IMG/VR virus record: IMGVR_UViG_3300028797_000156
Coordinates: 1-64,000 of that record
Origin: a virus
Lineage: Duplodnaviria; Caudoviricetes
Length of the DNA stretch: 64,000 bases
Reading direction: 5' to 3' (one strand)
Shown: piece by piece, positions 1 to 10,830 of the stretch
Position numbering within the stretch: the stretch's first letter is position 1
Layout of the letters: each line of letters starts with the position of its first letter
Notes under the pieces: generated by a model
Told to the model about the DNA's origin: nothing
Databases searched by the model: none
What the model saw: only the letters and a program-made list of their open reading frames with translations
Made by a program: the position numbers and the translations under genes

Positions 1-2021
1 TTTCCTTCATCATCTTCGAAACCGAAACCTGTATCGATTGTGAGCTTACCACCATCATAGAAATCCTCAGCTTCACAATAGTATCCAGTCGGTTCGATAT
101 GTAAGTACTTACCACAGTTGATAGCAAGACCGCCGGTCATTTCTGATATCTTATATTTATCTGGAATATCATCTGCAGTTTCATTACCAAAGATTCTACC
201 ATCGACTGTTTTTGAATATTGATATATCTTAAGACCAGAAATGTTTGCTAAAGCTGGAACAGTAGTAGTATCCGGTGATACAACATCTAAACGCATCATT
301 GCTTTATTTAAATTGATACCAAGTAATGACATTCCATGTGCTGTTTCTGAATCATCATTGTCATAGAAATCAGCATCAGTGATCCAGTTAACCGCATCAT
401 TAGAACCATACATAACTCTATCTATTTGACCAGGTTCTTCTGGATCAACGAATGAATTATATTGTTTAGTACGCTTTGCATCTGGATCCGATGTATCCTT
501 TTGAAGAGTATGAGGTACCGCCTCTTTGCGATATGCTGACATTGGAATTATGCATAATGATGCATCTGGTGTTATTGCCACACCATCCATTTCCTGATAT
601 GATTTGCGATATCTTGGATCACTTGCAGGGAAAGGTCCAGCTGGTAAATTAGTGAAGATATATCCAGTAACGCCTGGACAATATGATTTACCATCTGATG
701 GATTTCGTTGATCACGATTTCTACGAATTGTAATACCTGATAAGTTGCCAGTAGTGAATAAAAAGTAATCATCAGGAATATATGTTGTTGAAGGGTCTAG
801 TACATCATCGTGTATAACAGTAGTTGTTACAATACCACGAGCAGTATTAATGCCTAATTGATTATTATGCATTGTTTCAACTAAATTACGAATATCTCTA
901 ACCGAATATTTCGTATCATAGTCAGCATAGCTAATACCATCACCAACACGTGGAGTCATTGGAGTAAACTCAACGGTATATGCTGTAATATTATCATTTG
1001 CATCCTTAGTAATTTCAGTAACAACACCAAGAGCTGTATGCTGATCAACCAATAACTTGTCAACACCAGCTGGAAGATTCAGCATTTCAGTTTGTGTTTC
1101 ATAATCAAAGCCATACTTTGCCGAGAAACAACAGATGAACTGGTCTTTGAGTCTGAATACTCTCTTAGCATAGAATGTTGAGTTTGCAGAAAGATCTTTT
1201 CCATCATAAATGATCTTTACAGTTGGAGCATCATTTGGATGTGATGCTGCATATAACCAAGAGTCTTCAGCAGTACCTGGATGTTCAAAGTCTGAACCAT
1301 AACATCCAACCATTGTTTCAAAATCTGGAACGATATTCTCACGAACTAATCGTAAACCAGCATTTGCTTTTGGTTCATCTGGATTATCAGAGATACCATT
1401 ATATATTTCTAGACCATTTTCATCTTTCCAGATATTAATACCTAATTTTCCATAGGTATAATCTTTACCATTAGCAGTTTCATTGTAAAGTAAAGAGTTA
1501 TCAGTTTGACCAATGATGTTTAACGCCTTACTGATGTATTGTAAAGTATCTGTAGAGTCATCCCAGAAGAATACACCGATGTATGCTAAATTATCATTGT
1601 CTTGTTCTCTACCTTTAGCTGAGTAGAATGCTGCACCAGACAAACTTTTGTTATTAGTAGTCTTAGTTATTTCCGCTTCATCGAGATGATCATACAGTTT
1701 GAATGCACGTTCACCAAATTCTTCTTTGATTTGGTTGATTACCCATTCTTGTATATTAGCAAAAGAGATGTTATCTACATTTTCAAGACCAACATCTTCC
1801 GCTGTTAATACAACCACACCGGTTCTGCCATTAACAGAATTCACAACTCTCGAGAGCTTATTATTTATAGCATTCCACATGCGGTTCAACGAATCTTCTA
1901 ATGTCAATCCATTATTCAAATCGATAACCGAATCAGACGTCGTTTGTGGGTTGATATCAGTCAAAATGACTTCATCACCAACGACTTCTTCACGCTTAAG
2001 TTGAACTTGTGAATCAGCCAT
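1..2021 (-). CDS. Tail fibre / tail-associated virion protein, truncated by the window edge (>670 aa; absent from the ORF track)
   Basis: ATG at 2021 after GGAGGT RBS; frame stays open to base 1 (MADSQVQLKREE...GFGFEDDEG). Contains VNSVNGRTGVVVLTAEDVGLENVDN, a motif typical of tail-fibre proteins. Confidence 0.6.
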   Translation of the reverse strand, partial: MADSQVQLKREEVVGDEVILTDINPQTTSDSVIDLNNGLTLEDSLNRMWNAINNKLSRVVNSVNGRTGVVVLTAEDVGLENVDNISFANIQEWVINQIKEEFGERAFKLYDHLDEAEITKTTNNKSLSGAAFYSAKGREQDNDNLAYIGVFFWDDSTDTLQYISKALNIIGQTDNSLLYNETANGKDYTYGKLGINIWKDENGLEIYNGISDNPDEPKANAGLRLVRENIVPDFETMVGCYGSDFEHPGTAEDSWLYAASHPNDAPTVKIIYDGKDLSANSTFYAKRVFRLKDQFICCFSAKYGFDYETQTEMLNLPAGVDKLLVDQHTALGVVTEITKDANDNITAYTVEFTPMTPRVGDGISYADYDTKYSVRDIRNLVETMHNNQLGINTARGIVTTTVIHDDVLDPSTTYIPDDYFLFTTGNLSGITIRRNRDQRNPSDGKSYCPGVTGYIFTNLPAGPFPASDPRYRKSYQEMDGVAITPDASLCIIPMSAYRKEAVPHTLQKDTSDPDAKRTKQYNSFVDPEEPGQIDRVMYGSNDAVNWITDADFYDNDDSETAHGMSLLGINLNKAMMRLDVVSPDTTTVPALANISGLKIYQYSKTVDGRIFGNETADDIPDKYKISEMTGGLAINCGKYLHIEPTGYYCEAEDFYDGGKLTIDTGFGFEDDEG

Positions 2022-2141
2022 AATTATAACCTCCTTTTATTAATTGACTTTTTCATAATGTAATTACTAATGAATATAACCATTAGTACCAGACATTACC
2101 GTGAGGTTTTAAATAAAAAATACAATATAGGAGGGTTAAAA

Positions 2142-5100
2142 ATGGCAGACGAAGTAATTTTAACGAGTTATGCTGAGGATTCCCAGATTAAGAAATATCT
2201 CCAAAATGTCATGATGCCACGAGTATTCAAGGAAATTCCAACGAATGTTTTGAATGCCGGAGCATTCTCAATTTTTAGTGAGTATATGTCTCAAGGTATG
2301 GAAAACCAAGCATTTACATCGGCATTCTACTTTAATGAGTCATTCATTACAAAGGCAGTATTACCAGATTCTATCTATGCTGAAGCAGCTATATTCAATC
2401 TTGGATATGCATTTGCAATTCCATCTTCATGTAACTTCCTTTTGGAATTAAAGATTGAAGATATCATGAATAATGCTACTTATAACTCAGATACTCTCTG
2501 TTATGAGTTCATCTTAGATAAGAATACAAAGTTCAATCTGTCAAATGGCAATGTTTATTCTTTAGATTATGACATTCTCATTCAATATAAGACGATTGAA
2601 ACCGCAACTCGTGGTGATAAGGCATGGGATATTCACTATATCATGGATAATGACCAGAACTCAATCGCTACAAACAAAAACACATACATCATGCATCGTG
2701 TAACTGATACATGGTTATGTTTAATGATCCAAGCAAATGAATATGAAAGATCATCATTCACAGTTGTAAATACTGCGATGAACGGTATTCCAAACCAAGA
2801 TACTGTTCTTACATGCACAGGACATATCTGTGGATTTGATATTCGTTACATCGATAAGGAATCACGTGAAACAGGAGTTCCAAAGTTCATTGCAAAGGAT
2901 CACATCTTACCAATTCATTCAACAGTACAAGATTCAGCTCCATATGTAAACTACATCATGGACAGTTCACAAACAATTCGTTTCATGTGGCAGTTAAATG
3001 GTTCAAAGTACTTTGTTCCAGAAACAAACTCATCATTTGAAATCATCGTTTACACGTCACATGGTGCTGCAGCAAACTTCTCAGCGTTTGATAACACTGA
3101 TCAACCGAATGTTATTGCATCTACAACGAGATATGCTAATAATGGTAATGTACTTAAGGCAGCTTTCGTACTTTCTGGATCATTAGGTGGTACTGATATT
3201 GGTAATGCGGAAGTAGTTCGTCGTGAAACTATCCAAGCTTATAATACAGCGAATGTATTATCATCAGATCATGATCTTGATGAATGGTTTGAAACATTCT
3301 ACTTCAAGAATGTACTTTATCCTTTCTTCTTTAAGCGTAGAGACGATCCATGGGGAAGGCTCTGGAGTGGATACATTGCACTTAAGGATGACGATGATTA
3401 CGTATTCCGTACCAACACATTACATGGTAGAATCCCATATGATGTACTGTATGCAAATAATGATAATACAAAAGCAGGTAATGAGTTTATTATTCCTCCA
3501 GGATGGATCTGGAAGTATGATAATAATGATTTTACCGTTACTCCGTATACCGTTGGAGATAATAAGATTGTTGAGAATGCAAAAACATTCAAGATCATGT
3601 CAAATGACTTTATATTTGCAAACCCATTCGGTATAAGAGTTCAGAAGAATCCATTTGCAATTGGATATTTCAATCCATGGATCAATGAAACGGTAACGGC
3701 TAATCAGTTAAAGCGTGTACGTAAGATCGAAGATCATCAGGATACATCTGAAATCTATCATGGATATCCAATCGCAACCAATATTCAGAGAACTTATAAG
3801 AATAATTACTATAAGATCACATCTACAATAGTACCAACTATCGCAACCATGAATGATGGTGAAGAATTGATTACTAAGATGCAATCAAACTCAGATATTC
3901 CAATCTTTGCAGAAGAAATGTGGAGATACTTCAAAACTCCGCAAGATTTGTATGCTGCAAGAATCCCTGTATTGGCTTTATCTAACTCTGAAGGTGATAA
4001 GGATCGTTACTTACCATACAATCCAGAATCAACATACTTGTGTGTTGCATCAAAACAGATTCGTGATGATGGTAGAATCACATTGGTTGCTAAAGCAGAT
4101 GACCCAACAAAGGAAGCTATGTGGATCGAAGATGGATCGATCGATGGAGCCGAGCCATCTCATATATCAATATATGCAATTGGTGGTAATGTTCTCTTCG
4201 TTGGTGATTCATCATTGTGGAATGATCCAGCACGTTGCACTCCGGTATACACATCGGGTAGTACAGAAATCACATATTCATCAGATATAATAGAAACTTA
4301 TGATGATGAATTTGTATTCCGTCGTGAACAAGCTGGTCAGTACTATACAATGTCACTTAATTCCGAAGCTCCTTTAGGAAAGATCGAGAAAATTGCAGTT
4401 CCATATGCAACTTTAACCGATGTAAAGAAGTTCGGTGAATCAAGATTGTATGTTGTATCATCATATGGTGCAAAGGAAGTAACAATCAACGTTAAGTTCG
4501 CGGATCAAGAACAGTGGTATCATTATACAATCACAAATGCAAAGACAGTTTATATTCCATATGATATCGAACCAGAATATTCGATTTCAAGCTGGTATAA
4601 TTTCGATATGAGTAACATCGGAGCTGGTGGTGTATTCTTATATGCAGATATGAGACCATCTGCAGATGCTGGTTCTGTTGATTATTATAAGATCAAATTC
4701 TCAGAATTACATGTTAATGAACCATTCTTCTATATGGAGAACTCAATTCTTGACTTTGAAAAGAATAATATGAGAGTTATACTCCATGCAATGGTTAATG
4801 GTGCAGAAACAGGACGAATTGAAATGATTCCAGTTGATGTTAACTCAGATGGTTCATATCAGTTTGAAGCAGATATGTATCCATTGAATGAATTAGTTGA
4901 CATTGATAACCGAATCAACATTGCTTCACGAGTAAATGGTGGTGGTTCATGGATTCCAACATCACAACAGAATGTTGTTATCGATGCAACAGATCCAGAA
5001 TTCAAGATCACAATCTTAGTTAGATCGCAATATCCAGATCATGTAACAGATATCGGCAATGACAGAAGTTATGATGGATACATCATTGTTGATGAATTCA

Positions 5101-6371
5101 AACTCGAGAAGTTCTCGCTCATCCAGGAACTGAAAGAGATGAGATCAGTTGTTGATTTCAGTGATGCATCAGTACCATCGCCAGCAGCGGTTGAAGCTTA
5201 CAATGAAATGACATCTTGGATCTCAACAGAATCAAAGGATTTGAACATTTATGACATCATAAAGTTCATTAATAATCATATGATTGGTACAACAACACAT
5301 ATTTCATTAGCTGAAGCTCAATCGACAGCACGTATAATGTGGGGTAAAGTATTAGCTGAGAAAACCAAGATCATTGATACTGTAGAATATGCAGTTATTG
5401 ATGATGAACTTTACGATTCAATTGTTGAATCATTAAGATTCATTGGTGCTTGGGATCATGAATATCAACTTCTTTCACGTGAAGAAGATAACTTCAAGTA
5501 CATGTATTACAATAATGGAATCATGTATGAGAATGAAGACTTAACAATCCCAATTACTCCTCAAGAAGGAATCTTCTACTGCAATAGATCTAATGATAAC
5601 ATGTATATCATGTCACCAGAAGACAATACAAGAGTAACACGTATCCAGTTAATGATCTGGGATGACCATTATGATACTCTCAATAAGTATAGTGGAATGG
5701 TTGAAGACATATTTGTCAATACAAATGTACATTCTGGAGTAACAATCCAGCTTATGCCATTCACTGAATACTCATTGCTTACATCAGATCGATTCCCATC
5801 ATTCATTTCATCATTTACTCAGGTTCATAAAGCGATTGAACCAGTAATTTTCTCACGGTTAGATGGAAATGATTATCTTGATACTAAGCTGATTGCTACA
5901 TATGGTAGACCACATACGTATACAACTGAATACCATAAGAGTCAAGATGATGGAATCTTCTGGCCTGATCTTAATATCCAGATTGAATTCGATATCATGT
6001 TGAAGAATCAATCAATTGCAACGGATACTTTATCAAAACTTCGTAGCATAATCAAATCTTACTTCAGTAAGTTGACAACTGTTCATACAGCTAAGGATAA
6101 GATTGATATGGATAGTAATATCTACATTACAGAACTTATCCGTCAGATGTTAGAAGAGAAATCAAACAATGTATCATATCTGAAGTTCGTCGGATGGTAT
6201 ACTCAGGATAGATATTCATTCGATAAGAGTTCGAAGTTCATGGATGCTAATACACAATCAATTGTTCAGAAATGGACAAAGATTGATGACTTCCCGAAAC
6301 AAGAACTCGAAAGATTTACTCCAGAAATGTTCATAGTTGATGATTCTAATATCATCTTTAATGTGCTTTAA
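2142..6371 (+). CDS. Large virion structural protein, probably baseplate wedge (1409 aa)
   Basis: Start moved from 2070 to the ATG at 2142 behind an AGGAGG RBS. Size and position among tail genes fit a jumbo-phage baseplate protein; no diagnostic motif, so the function is inferred. Confidence 0.45.
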   Translation: MADEVILTSYAEDSQIKKYLQNVMMPRVFKEIPTNVLNAGAFSIFSEYMSQGMENQAFTSAFYFNESFITKAVLPDSIYAEAAIFNLGYAFAIPSSCNFLLELKIEDIMNNATYNSDTLCYEFILDKNTKFNLSNGNVYSLDYDILIQYKTIETATRGDKAWDIHYIMDNDQNSIATNKNTYIMHRVTDTWLCLMIQANEYERSSFTVVNTAMNGIPNQDTVLTCTGHICGFDIRYIDKESRETGVPKFIAKDHILPIHSTVQDSAPYVNYIMDSSQTIRFMWQLNGSKYFVPETNSSFEIIVYTSHGAAANFSAFDNTDQPNVIASTTRYANNGNVLKAAFVLSGSLGGTDIGNAEVVRRETIQAYNTANVLSSDHDLDEWFETFYFKNVLYPFFFKRRDDPWGRLWSGYIALKDDDDYVFRTNTLHGRIPYDVLYANNDNTKAGNEFIIPPGWIWKYDNNDFTVTPYTVGDNKIVENAKTFKIMSNDFIFANPFGIRVQKNPFAIGYFNPWINETVTANQLKRVRKIEDHQDTSEIYHGYPIATNIQRTYKNNYYKITSTIVPTIATMNDGEELITKMQSNSDIPIFAEEMWRYFKTPQDLYAARIPVLALSNSEGDKDRYLPYNPESTYLCVASKQIRDDGRITLVAKADDPTKEAMWIEDGSIDGAEPSHISIYAIGGNVLFVGDSSLWNDPARCTPVYTSGSTEITYSSDIIETYDDEFVFRREQAGQYYTMSLNSEAPLGKIEKIAVPYATLTDVKKFGESRLYVVSSYGAKEVTINVKFADQEQWYHYTITNAKTVYIPYDIEPEYSISSWYNFDMSNIGAGGVFLYADMRPSADAGSVDYYKIKFSELHVNEPFFYMENSILDFEKNNMRVILHAMVNGAETGRIEMIPVDVNSDGSYQFEADMYPLNELVDIDNRINIASRVNGGGSWIPTSQQNVVIDATDPEFKITILVRSQYPDHVTDIGNDRSYDGYIIVDEFKLEKFSLIQELKEMRSVVDFSDASVPSPAAVEAYNEMTSWISTESKDLNIYDIIKFINNHMIGTTTHISLAEAQSTARIMWGKVLAEKTKIIDTVEYAVIDDELYDSIVESLRFIGAWDHEYQLLSREEDNFKYMYYNNGIMYENEDLTIPITPQEGIFYCNRSNDNMYIMSPEDNTRVTRIQLMIWDDHYDTLNKYSGMVEDIFVNTNVHSGVTIQLMPFTEYSLLTSDRFPSFISSFTQVHKAIEPVIFSRLDGNDYLDTKLIATYGRPHTYTTEYHKSQDDGIFWPDLNIQIEFDIMLKNQSIATDTLSKLRSIIKSYFSKLTTVHTAKDKIDMDSNIYITELIRQMLEEKSNNVSYLKFVGWYTQDRYSFDKSSKFMDANTQSIVQKWTKIDDFPKQELERFTPEMFIVDDSNIIFNVL

Positions 6372-6376
6372 AATAC

Positions 6377-6415
6377 GATATATAATGTGGGGCCAATGGC
6401 CCCACATTATATATC
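6377..6415. terminator. Bidirectional intrinsic terminator
   Basis: 18-bp perfect stem GATATATAATGTGGGGCC / GGCCCCACATTATATATC with a 3-nt loop, between convergent genes. Confidence 0.85.
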
Positions 6416-6420
6416 TTTTA

Positions 6421-7017
6421 TTAATTGTCTAACGGAACAGAGACTTGTTGTTCTGTTGTGGATCCGAATCCACCATTACGAACATTAGTAGATTCATCAT
6501 CAGTTACAATGAAGAACTGAGTAAATATTCCTTGAGCAAATGCTTTACCCTTTGGAATAGAAACCTTCTGTTTAGCATGTAACTTGATCATGATATGACC
6601 TTCATTGTCGCTGTAATAGTAATCCTGATCGATAATACCAACTGTATTGTCTAAACCAACCTGATACTTGAATCCTAATCCTGAACGAGGATAAATCGAG
6701 AGGAAATAACCAGGATCGATCTTACAACGAATGCCAGTTGGGATGATAATTGATGTTTCATCATCAGGGATTTCAATGTCGATTGGAGCAAAGAAATCAT
6801 AACCAGCTGAACCTTGTGTTGCTCGACGTGGTAACATGAGATCATCATACTGTTTCTGGATAGTTGTTGCGATAGCATCTGAAAGTTTTCCTTCTGAATC
6901 ATTAGCAAGCAAACCAGCAACAGATTCTTCCATTACTTTAGCATATTCAATGATTGATTTGCTGTATTCTTCATAAGAAACCTTTTCAAAAGTTGCCACT
7001 CTTGGAATGTTATTCAT
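6421..7017 (-). CDS. dut: Trimeric dUTPase
   Basis: All five dUTPase motifs present: RRATQGSAGYDF, RSGLG, GIIDQDY, AQGIF, RNGGFGST. Confidence 0.95.
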   Translation of the reverse strand: MNNIPRVATFEKVSYEEYSKSIIEYAKVMEESVAGLLANDSEGKLSDAIATTIQKQYDDLMLPRRATQGSAGYDFFAPIDIEIPDDETSIIIPTGIRCKIDPGYFLSIYPRSGLGFKYQVGLDNTVGIIDQDYYYSDNEGHIMIKLHAKQKVSIPKGKAFAQGIFTQFFIVTDDESTNVRNGGFGSTTEQQVSVPLDN

Positions 7018-7059
7018 AAAGATTCTCCTTTATAAGTAATTTTATAAAAGTTAAATAGA

Positions 7060-10000
7060 TCATGGAAGAATATTAGATAATGCCATTCCATGAGTATGTG
7101 TTCCGAGTTTCTTTGGATTATTATAAGCTGTAATTGTTTTGGTTGTACCAATAATCTTATGAGATAAGAACATTTCAATTGGGATTAATGTTGGCTTGCT
7201 AGGTGTAAGTGAATTAAATACCATAACTTTATTTCCATAGAAACAAGCTTCAGCAAACCATGCCGGACCTGGACTATAATCACCGTATTGATACCATGGA
7301 CCACCAATACTTGGAGGTGCACAAGGCATCTTGTATATTGGTTTTGGAAGATTAGCATTCAACTGAGCAGGTGTGTGCCAACCATGATCTTTGATGAAGT
7401 CCACATTATAGAAATATGTAGCAGATGTTCGACCACCACCATATTCTCCACAGAACATCATGATTCTATCAGTACCATTATTGAGGGTCTTTATACGTGG
7501 ATAATTACGTTGATATCCTGTATGGAATGATTCACCACCATAGTTATCAAAGTAAACTGGATGATCTAAATCATCTGCAAAGATCAATATTGTACGACAA
7601 CCATTATTACCACCATCCGATCCATATGATGATAAGAATAATACATCATTATCATAATACATCATTGGTTGAGCTTCTGAAAGTTTAGCGATATAATCAC
7701 CGCTATAATATAATGCATTCCAACATAAACCAGAGTTTGCGGTTAATGCACCAGTAATATAGTTATACATATATAAATAGTATGCAGAATCTCGATACAT
7801 TTGAATGTATATCATGTTTTTATAACCATTCATGAAGTGTAATGTCATAGTTCCTTCAATTGGAATACTAAAACTATAGTCTATAACACCAGTTGATGTA
7901 TTATAAAGCTTAAACTGATATTCAGTATTATCATTATTATATCCTGAAAAATAGATAAGATAATCAGTACCATAAACAATGCCAACATAGCAAGTTCCCC
8001 CAATAAAGCTGTCGCTACCATCAACCTCTATTGGTGTAAGAGTTTCATTAGTTAAATCAAGAAGTAATAATTTTGCTCCTCGGTTAATATACATTTTGTT
8101 ATTTGGTTCATCCAAAAGGAAAGTACACCAGTTTCTGATAAATGTGGTACTTGTACTAGTGCTACCGAATCTAAAATCACTCATGCCATGAGTGATAACT
8201 GTTGTATTCGGATCTATTTCTGGATGAGTTGCATCAACTTTAAATATCCACATAACAGTTGCATTTTCACTAATTCTAACCCAAGTATCACCAGCTATCG
8301 TGATGATATGATCATGAGTAAAGTTGATCAGTTTTATGTATCGTGGATCGATAGTATACTGATATGGATGTCCGGTACCATCATCTGAATCTGGGAATAT
8401 AATTGTTCCATGGCAATAAACCCAACCATCATCTGATGAATAAACCATTCGACAGCTATTAGCGGAGTAATCAGCCATTGTGATTGCTGTGGTTAAGTTA
8501 ATTTCAACATTTTGTGCAGAAGGAACAAGTTTATGATTATTACGTTGACGAATTGTATATAAGCCATTTACCATATTACTACCGCCACTGTAATATGACT
8601 CAACACCTGAATCACTACCTGGTGATTGTGATGGTGTCTTAAGAATATATTTCTTATGCTGTAAAGCAGCCGGAACAGTGTCATTATGATCAAGCTTAAC
8701 ATAAGTAGATGGATCCCAATACTTATCAGTCATATAGATTATGTTTGTTGATTGATTATTAAATCCAAGAATCGGTATATGATTATGAATATTTAAGAAC
8801 ACATCAAATGTACCACTGAAACCACTGATTGTCATATTACCAAATAAGAATCTTTCTGGAGTAGTGAATTCATAATCAGGATCATCTGTAAACGTTTCAT
8901 CAATATCATAATCATGAGTCAATGAATTATAACGTTTCATTGCAGTGATATGAATATCATCAAATGGAAAAGTCGTCAAATTGAATCTTGTATCTTTGTT
9001 GTATAAGTGATAAACGCCAAAGATATTATTAAATTCTGGATGCATAAAGTCATCAGTATAACAGAATTCACATTCAACGGCTTCTGGAGTTTCAAGTTTA
9101 TTCTTTTCAATCATGTAGAATCTGTCAGCTCCACGCTTCATTCCCCATCTACCCCAGTTACCATTGCCATAATAATGTTCATTTATCATGGTATGCACAT
9201 GAAGTATGCTGAAGCTTGTTTTGTGATTATATTTATTATCAATAATCTTTTCTGGATATGTTATTGTATCTCGATATCCTCCATCTGGAAAAGTCACATT
9301 AAATTTTTCAGAAACTCCTTCTTCACCTAACCATGCTTGACCACGATCCCAAGCTGGATGACCTATACCGTTATTATATAAAGCATATATTGGGCTCAAC
9401 CAGTTAGATTGCATATCACTTGTAACTTTAGCTGGATATAAAGGATAATCTGTTTCTGCAGTACATCTACCATTACATACCATGAATCTATGTGGTACAT
9501 CCTGATATCTATTACCATTGGTATTTCGGTCATAGCCTGTTGTTCGTGGAGTTCTAACAGCATATTGTGGATTGATGAAAACATACTTACCTTCATTCCA
9601 TAAAGTATCAATGATGCTACAATCAAGAACAAATGCACGATAAATACTGATTGTTACCTTTTCATTCATTCTTTTAGTAAAATATGAAGGATCATGATTT
9701 TCATCATAAATTAATGCATGCGTATGCATATATTCTGTATTATCAGTATATCTAATCTCAGCAAACTCAGTTATATCAACATCCTCAGTTAACCAAGAAT
9801 AGTTATAATCCAATACACATCGACCGGTATTTCTTCGACCAATCAATTGATTTAAACTGGAATCATAATAGTTTTGTCCACCATTACCATTGAATATATT
9901 ATAACATGTTTCTGAAATTCTTGCAGAATTCGGAATTCTTTCAAATAATGCAGTGTCTGAACGTGTTGGAACACCACTACCAGTACCAAATATGATATAC

Positions 10001-10203
10001 ATATCGCCGTATTGTGATGAAAAGTTTCTAACTATTTCAGTATCAAAACCAGAATCAGTTAATACGTTAACACCAAACTTACGGTCAGTTATGTTACCAT
10101 CTCTATCTTCACATATGATTTCATAAACATTTGATCCTTTATGATCAGGCATTGTACGTAGGAAGTGATCAAGCTGTTCAGAAATCTGTTTAATTTCTTC
10201 CAT
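7060..10203 (-). CDS. Tail fibre / receptor-binding protein, copy B1 (1047 aa)
   Basis: N-terminus (IIFGTGSGVPTRSDTALFERI...DITEFAEI) resembles the baseplate-anchoring N-terminal domain of contractile-tail fibres. Aromatic, beta-rich body. Clear paralog of 10831-13941. Confidence 0.6.
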   Translation of the reverse strand: MEEIKQISEQLDHFLRTMPDHKGSNVYEIICEDRDGNITDRKFGVNVLTDSGFDTEIVRNFSSQYGDMYIIFGTGSGVPTRSDTALFERIPNSARISETCYNIFNGNGGQNYYDSSLNQLIGRRNTGRCVLDYNYSWLTEDVDITEFAEIRYTDNTEYMHTHALIYDENHDPSYFTKRMNEKVTISIYRAFVLDCSIIDTLWNEGKYVFINPQYAVRTPRTTGYDRNTNGNRYQDVPHRFMVCNGRCTAETDYPLYPAKVTSDMQSNWLSPIYALYNNGIGHPAWDRGQAWLGEEGVSEKFNVTFPDGGYRDTITYPEKIIDNKYNHKTSFSILHVHTMINEHYYGNGNWGRWGMKRGADRFYMIEKNKLETPEAVECEFCYTDDFMHPEFNNIFGVYHLYNKDTRFNLTTFPFDDIHITAMKRYNSLTHDYDIDETFTDDPDYEFTTPERFLFGNMTISGFSGTFDVFLNIHNHIPILGFNNQSTNIIYMTDKYWDPSTYVKLDHNDTVPAALQHKKYILKTPSQSPGSDSGVESYYSGGSNMVNGLYTIRQRNNHKLVPSAQNVEINLTTAITMADYSANSCRMVYSSDDGWVYCHGTIIFPDSDDGTGHPYQYTIDPRYIKLINFTHDHIITIAGDTWVRISENATVMWIFKVDATHPEIDPNTTVITHGMSDFRFGSTSTSTTFIRNWCTFLLDEPNNKMYINRGAKLLLLDLTNETLTPIEVDGSDSFIGGTCYVGIVYGTDYLIYFSGYNNDNTEYQFKLYNTSTGVIDYSFSIPIEGTMTLHFMNGYKNMIYIQMYRDSAYYLYMYNYITGALTANSGLCWNALYYSGDYIAKLSEAQPMMYYDNDVLFLSSYGSDGGNNGCRTILIFADDLDHPVYFDNYGGESFHTGYQRNYPRIKTLNNGTDRIMMFCGEYGGGRTSATYFYNVDFIKDHGWHTPAQLNANLPKPIYKMPCAPPSIGGPWYQYGDYSPGPAWFAEACFYGNKVMVFNSLTPSKPTLIPIEMFLSHKIIGTTKTITAYNNPKKLGTHTHGMALSNILP

Positions 10204-10222
10204 ATTTTATTAACCTCCTTTA

Positions 10223-10747
10223 TTATTGACCATGAACATACTCAACAGCTGTTGATGTAACTCCAGTAACATGCAATGTTGCTTGTGGAGTTGTGTTTGT
10301 ATATTTTGGTCGATGAGCTAAGTTTACAGACATTTGAGATGAATAAGCTCCAGTGAATGTTAAACCTTCTTCATCTCGGAATGTTGTACTTGCGGTTGTA
10401 TAATAAGTTACTGGTATTTTATCTGAATAAACACCAGTAAATGTTATTCCTTCATCATCTCTGAATGTTGTTGAAGTTGTATAATAATCAGTGATTGACA
10501 TCTTAGTTGAATAAGCTCCAGTAAATGTCAATTGTACATCATATCCAGTATTAGTTGTTATCTCGGTATAACGACGAACTTCAACTGGTCTTGAACTAAC
10601 AGCATGAAGATGTATAACGGAATCCATTGTTAATGGATCTCGATGCTCACCAGAAACCCAAACACCTCGAGCTACACGTAATGGATGATTCTCTGGTTTA
10701 ACTTTTGGCATTCTCTTGTAAGCTTCTAAAGTTCTAAAGATATTCAC
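10223..10747 (-). CDS. Small partner protein of the tail-fibre cassette, copy A1 (174 aa, GTG start)
   Basis: GGAGGTG RBS and GTG start; three internal ~28-aa repeats; paralog of 13956-14471. Confidence 0.6.
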   Translation of the reverse strand: MNIFRTLEAYKRMPKVKPENHPLRVARGVWVSGEHRDPLTMDSVIHLHAVSSRPVEVRRYTEITTNTGYDVQLTFTGAYSTKMSITDYYTTSTTFRDDEGITFTGVYSDKIPVTYYTTASTTFRDEEGLTFTGAYSSQMSVNLAHRPKYTNTTPQATLHVTGVTSTAVEYVHGQ

Positions 10748-10779
10748 TTAAATTCACCTCCAAATTAACAATCTGTTTT
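10716..10779. repeat. 64-bp perfect direct repeat, copy 1
   Basis: Identical to 14440-14503; spans the putative promoter, RBS and first codons of gene A. Confidence 0.95.
10766..10777 (-). promoter_or_regulatory. Putative late promoter AACA-N6-TA
   Basis: AACAGATTGTTA on the minus strand just upstream of the RBS; matches the AR9-type late promoter consensus as recalled from the literature. Confidence 0.55.
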
Positions 10780-10793
10780 CAAATGATTAAAAG

Positions 10794-10819
10794 GATACCG
10801 GGGTATATACCCCGGTATC
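10794..10819. terminator. Terminator between cassettes (26-bp perfect palindrome)
   Basis: GATACCGGGGTATATACCCCGGTATC, followed on the minus strand by CTTTTAAT. Confidence 0.75.
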
Positions 10820-10830
10820 ACATATAATCA

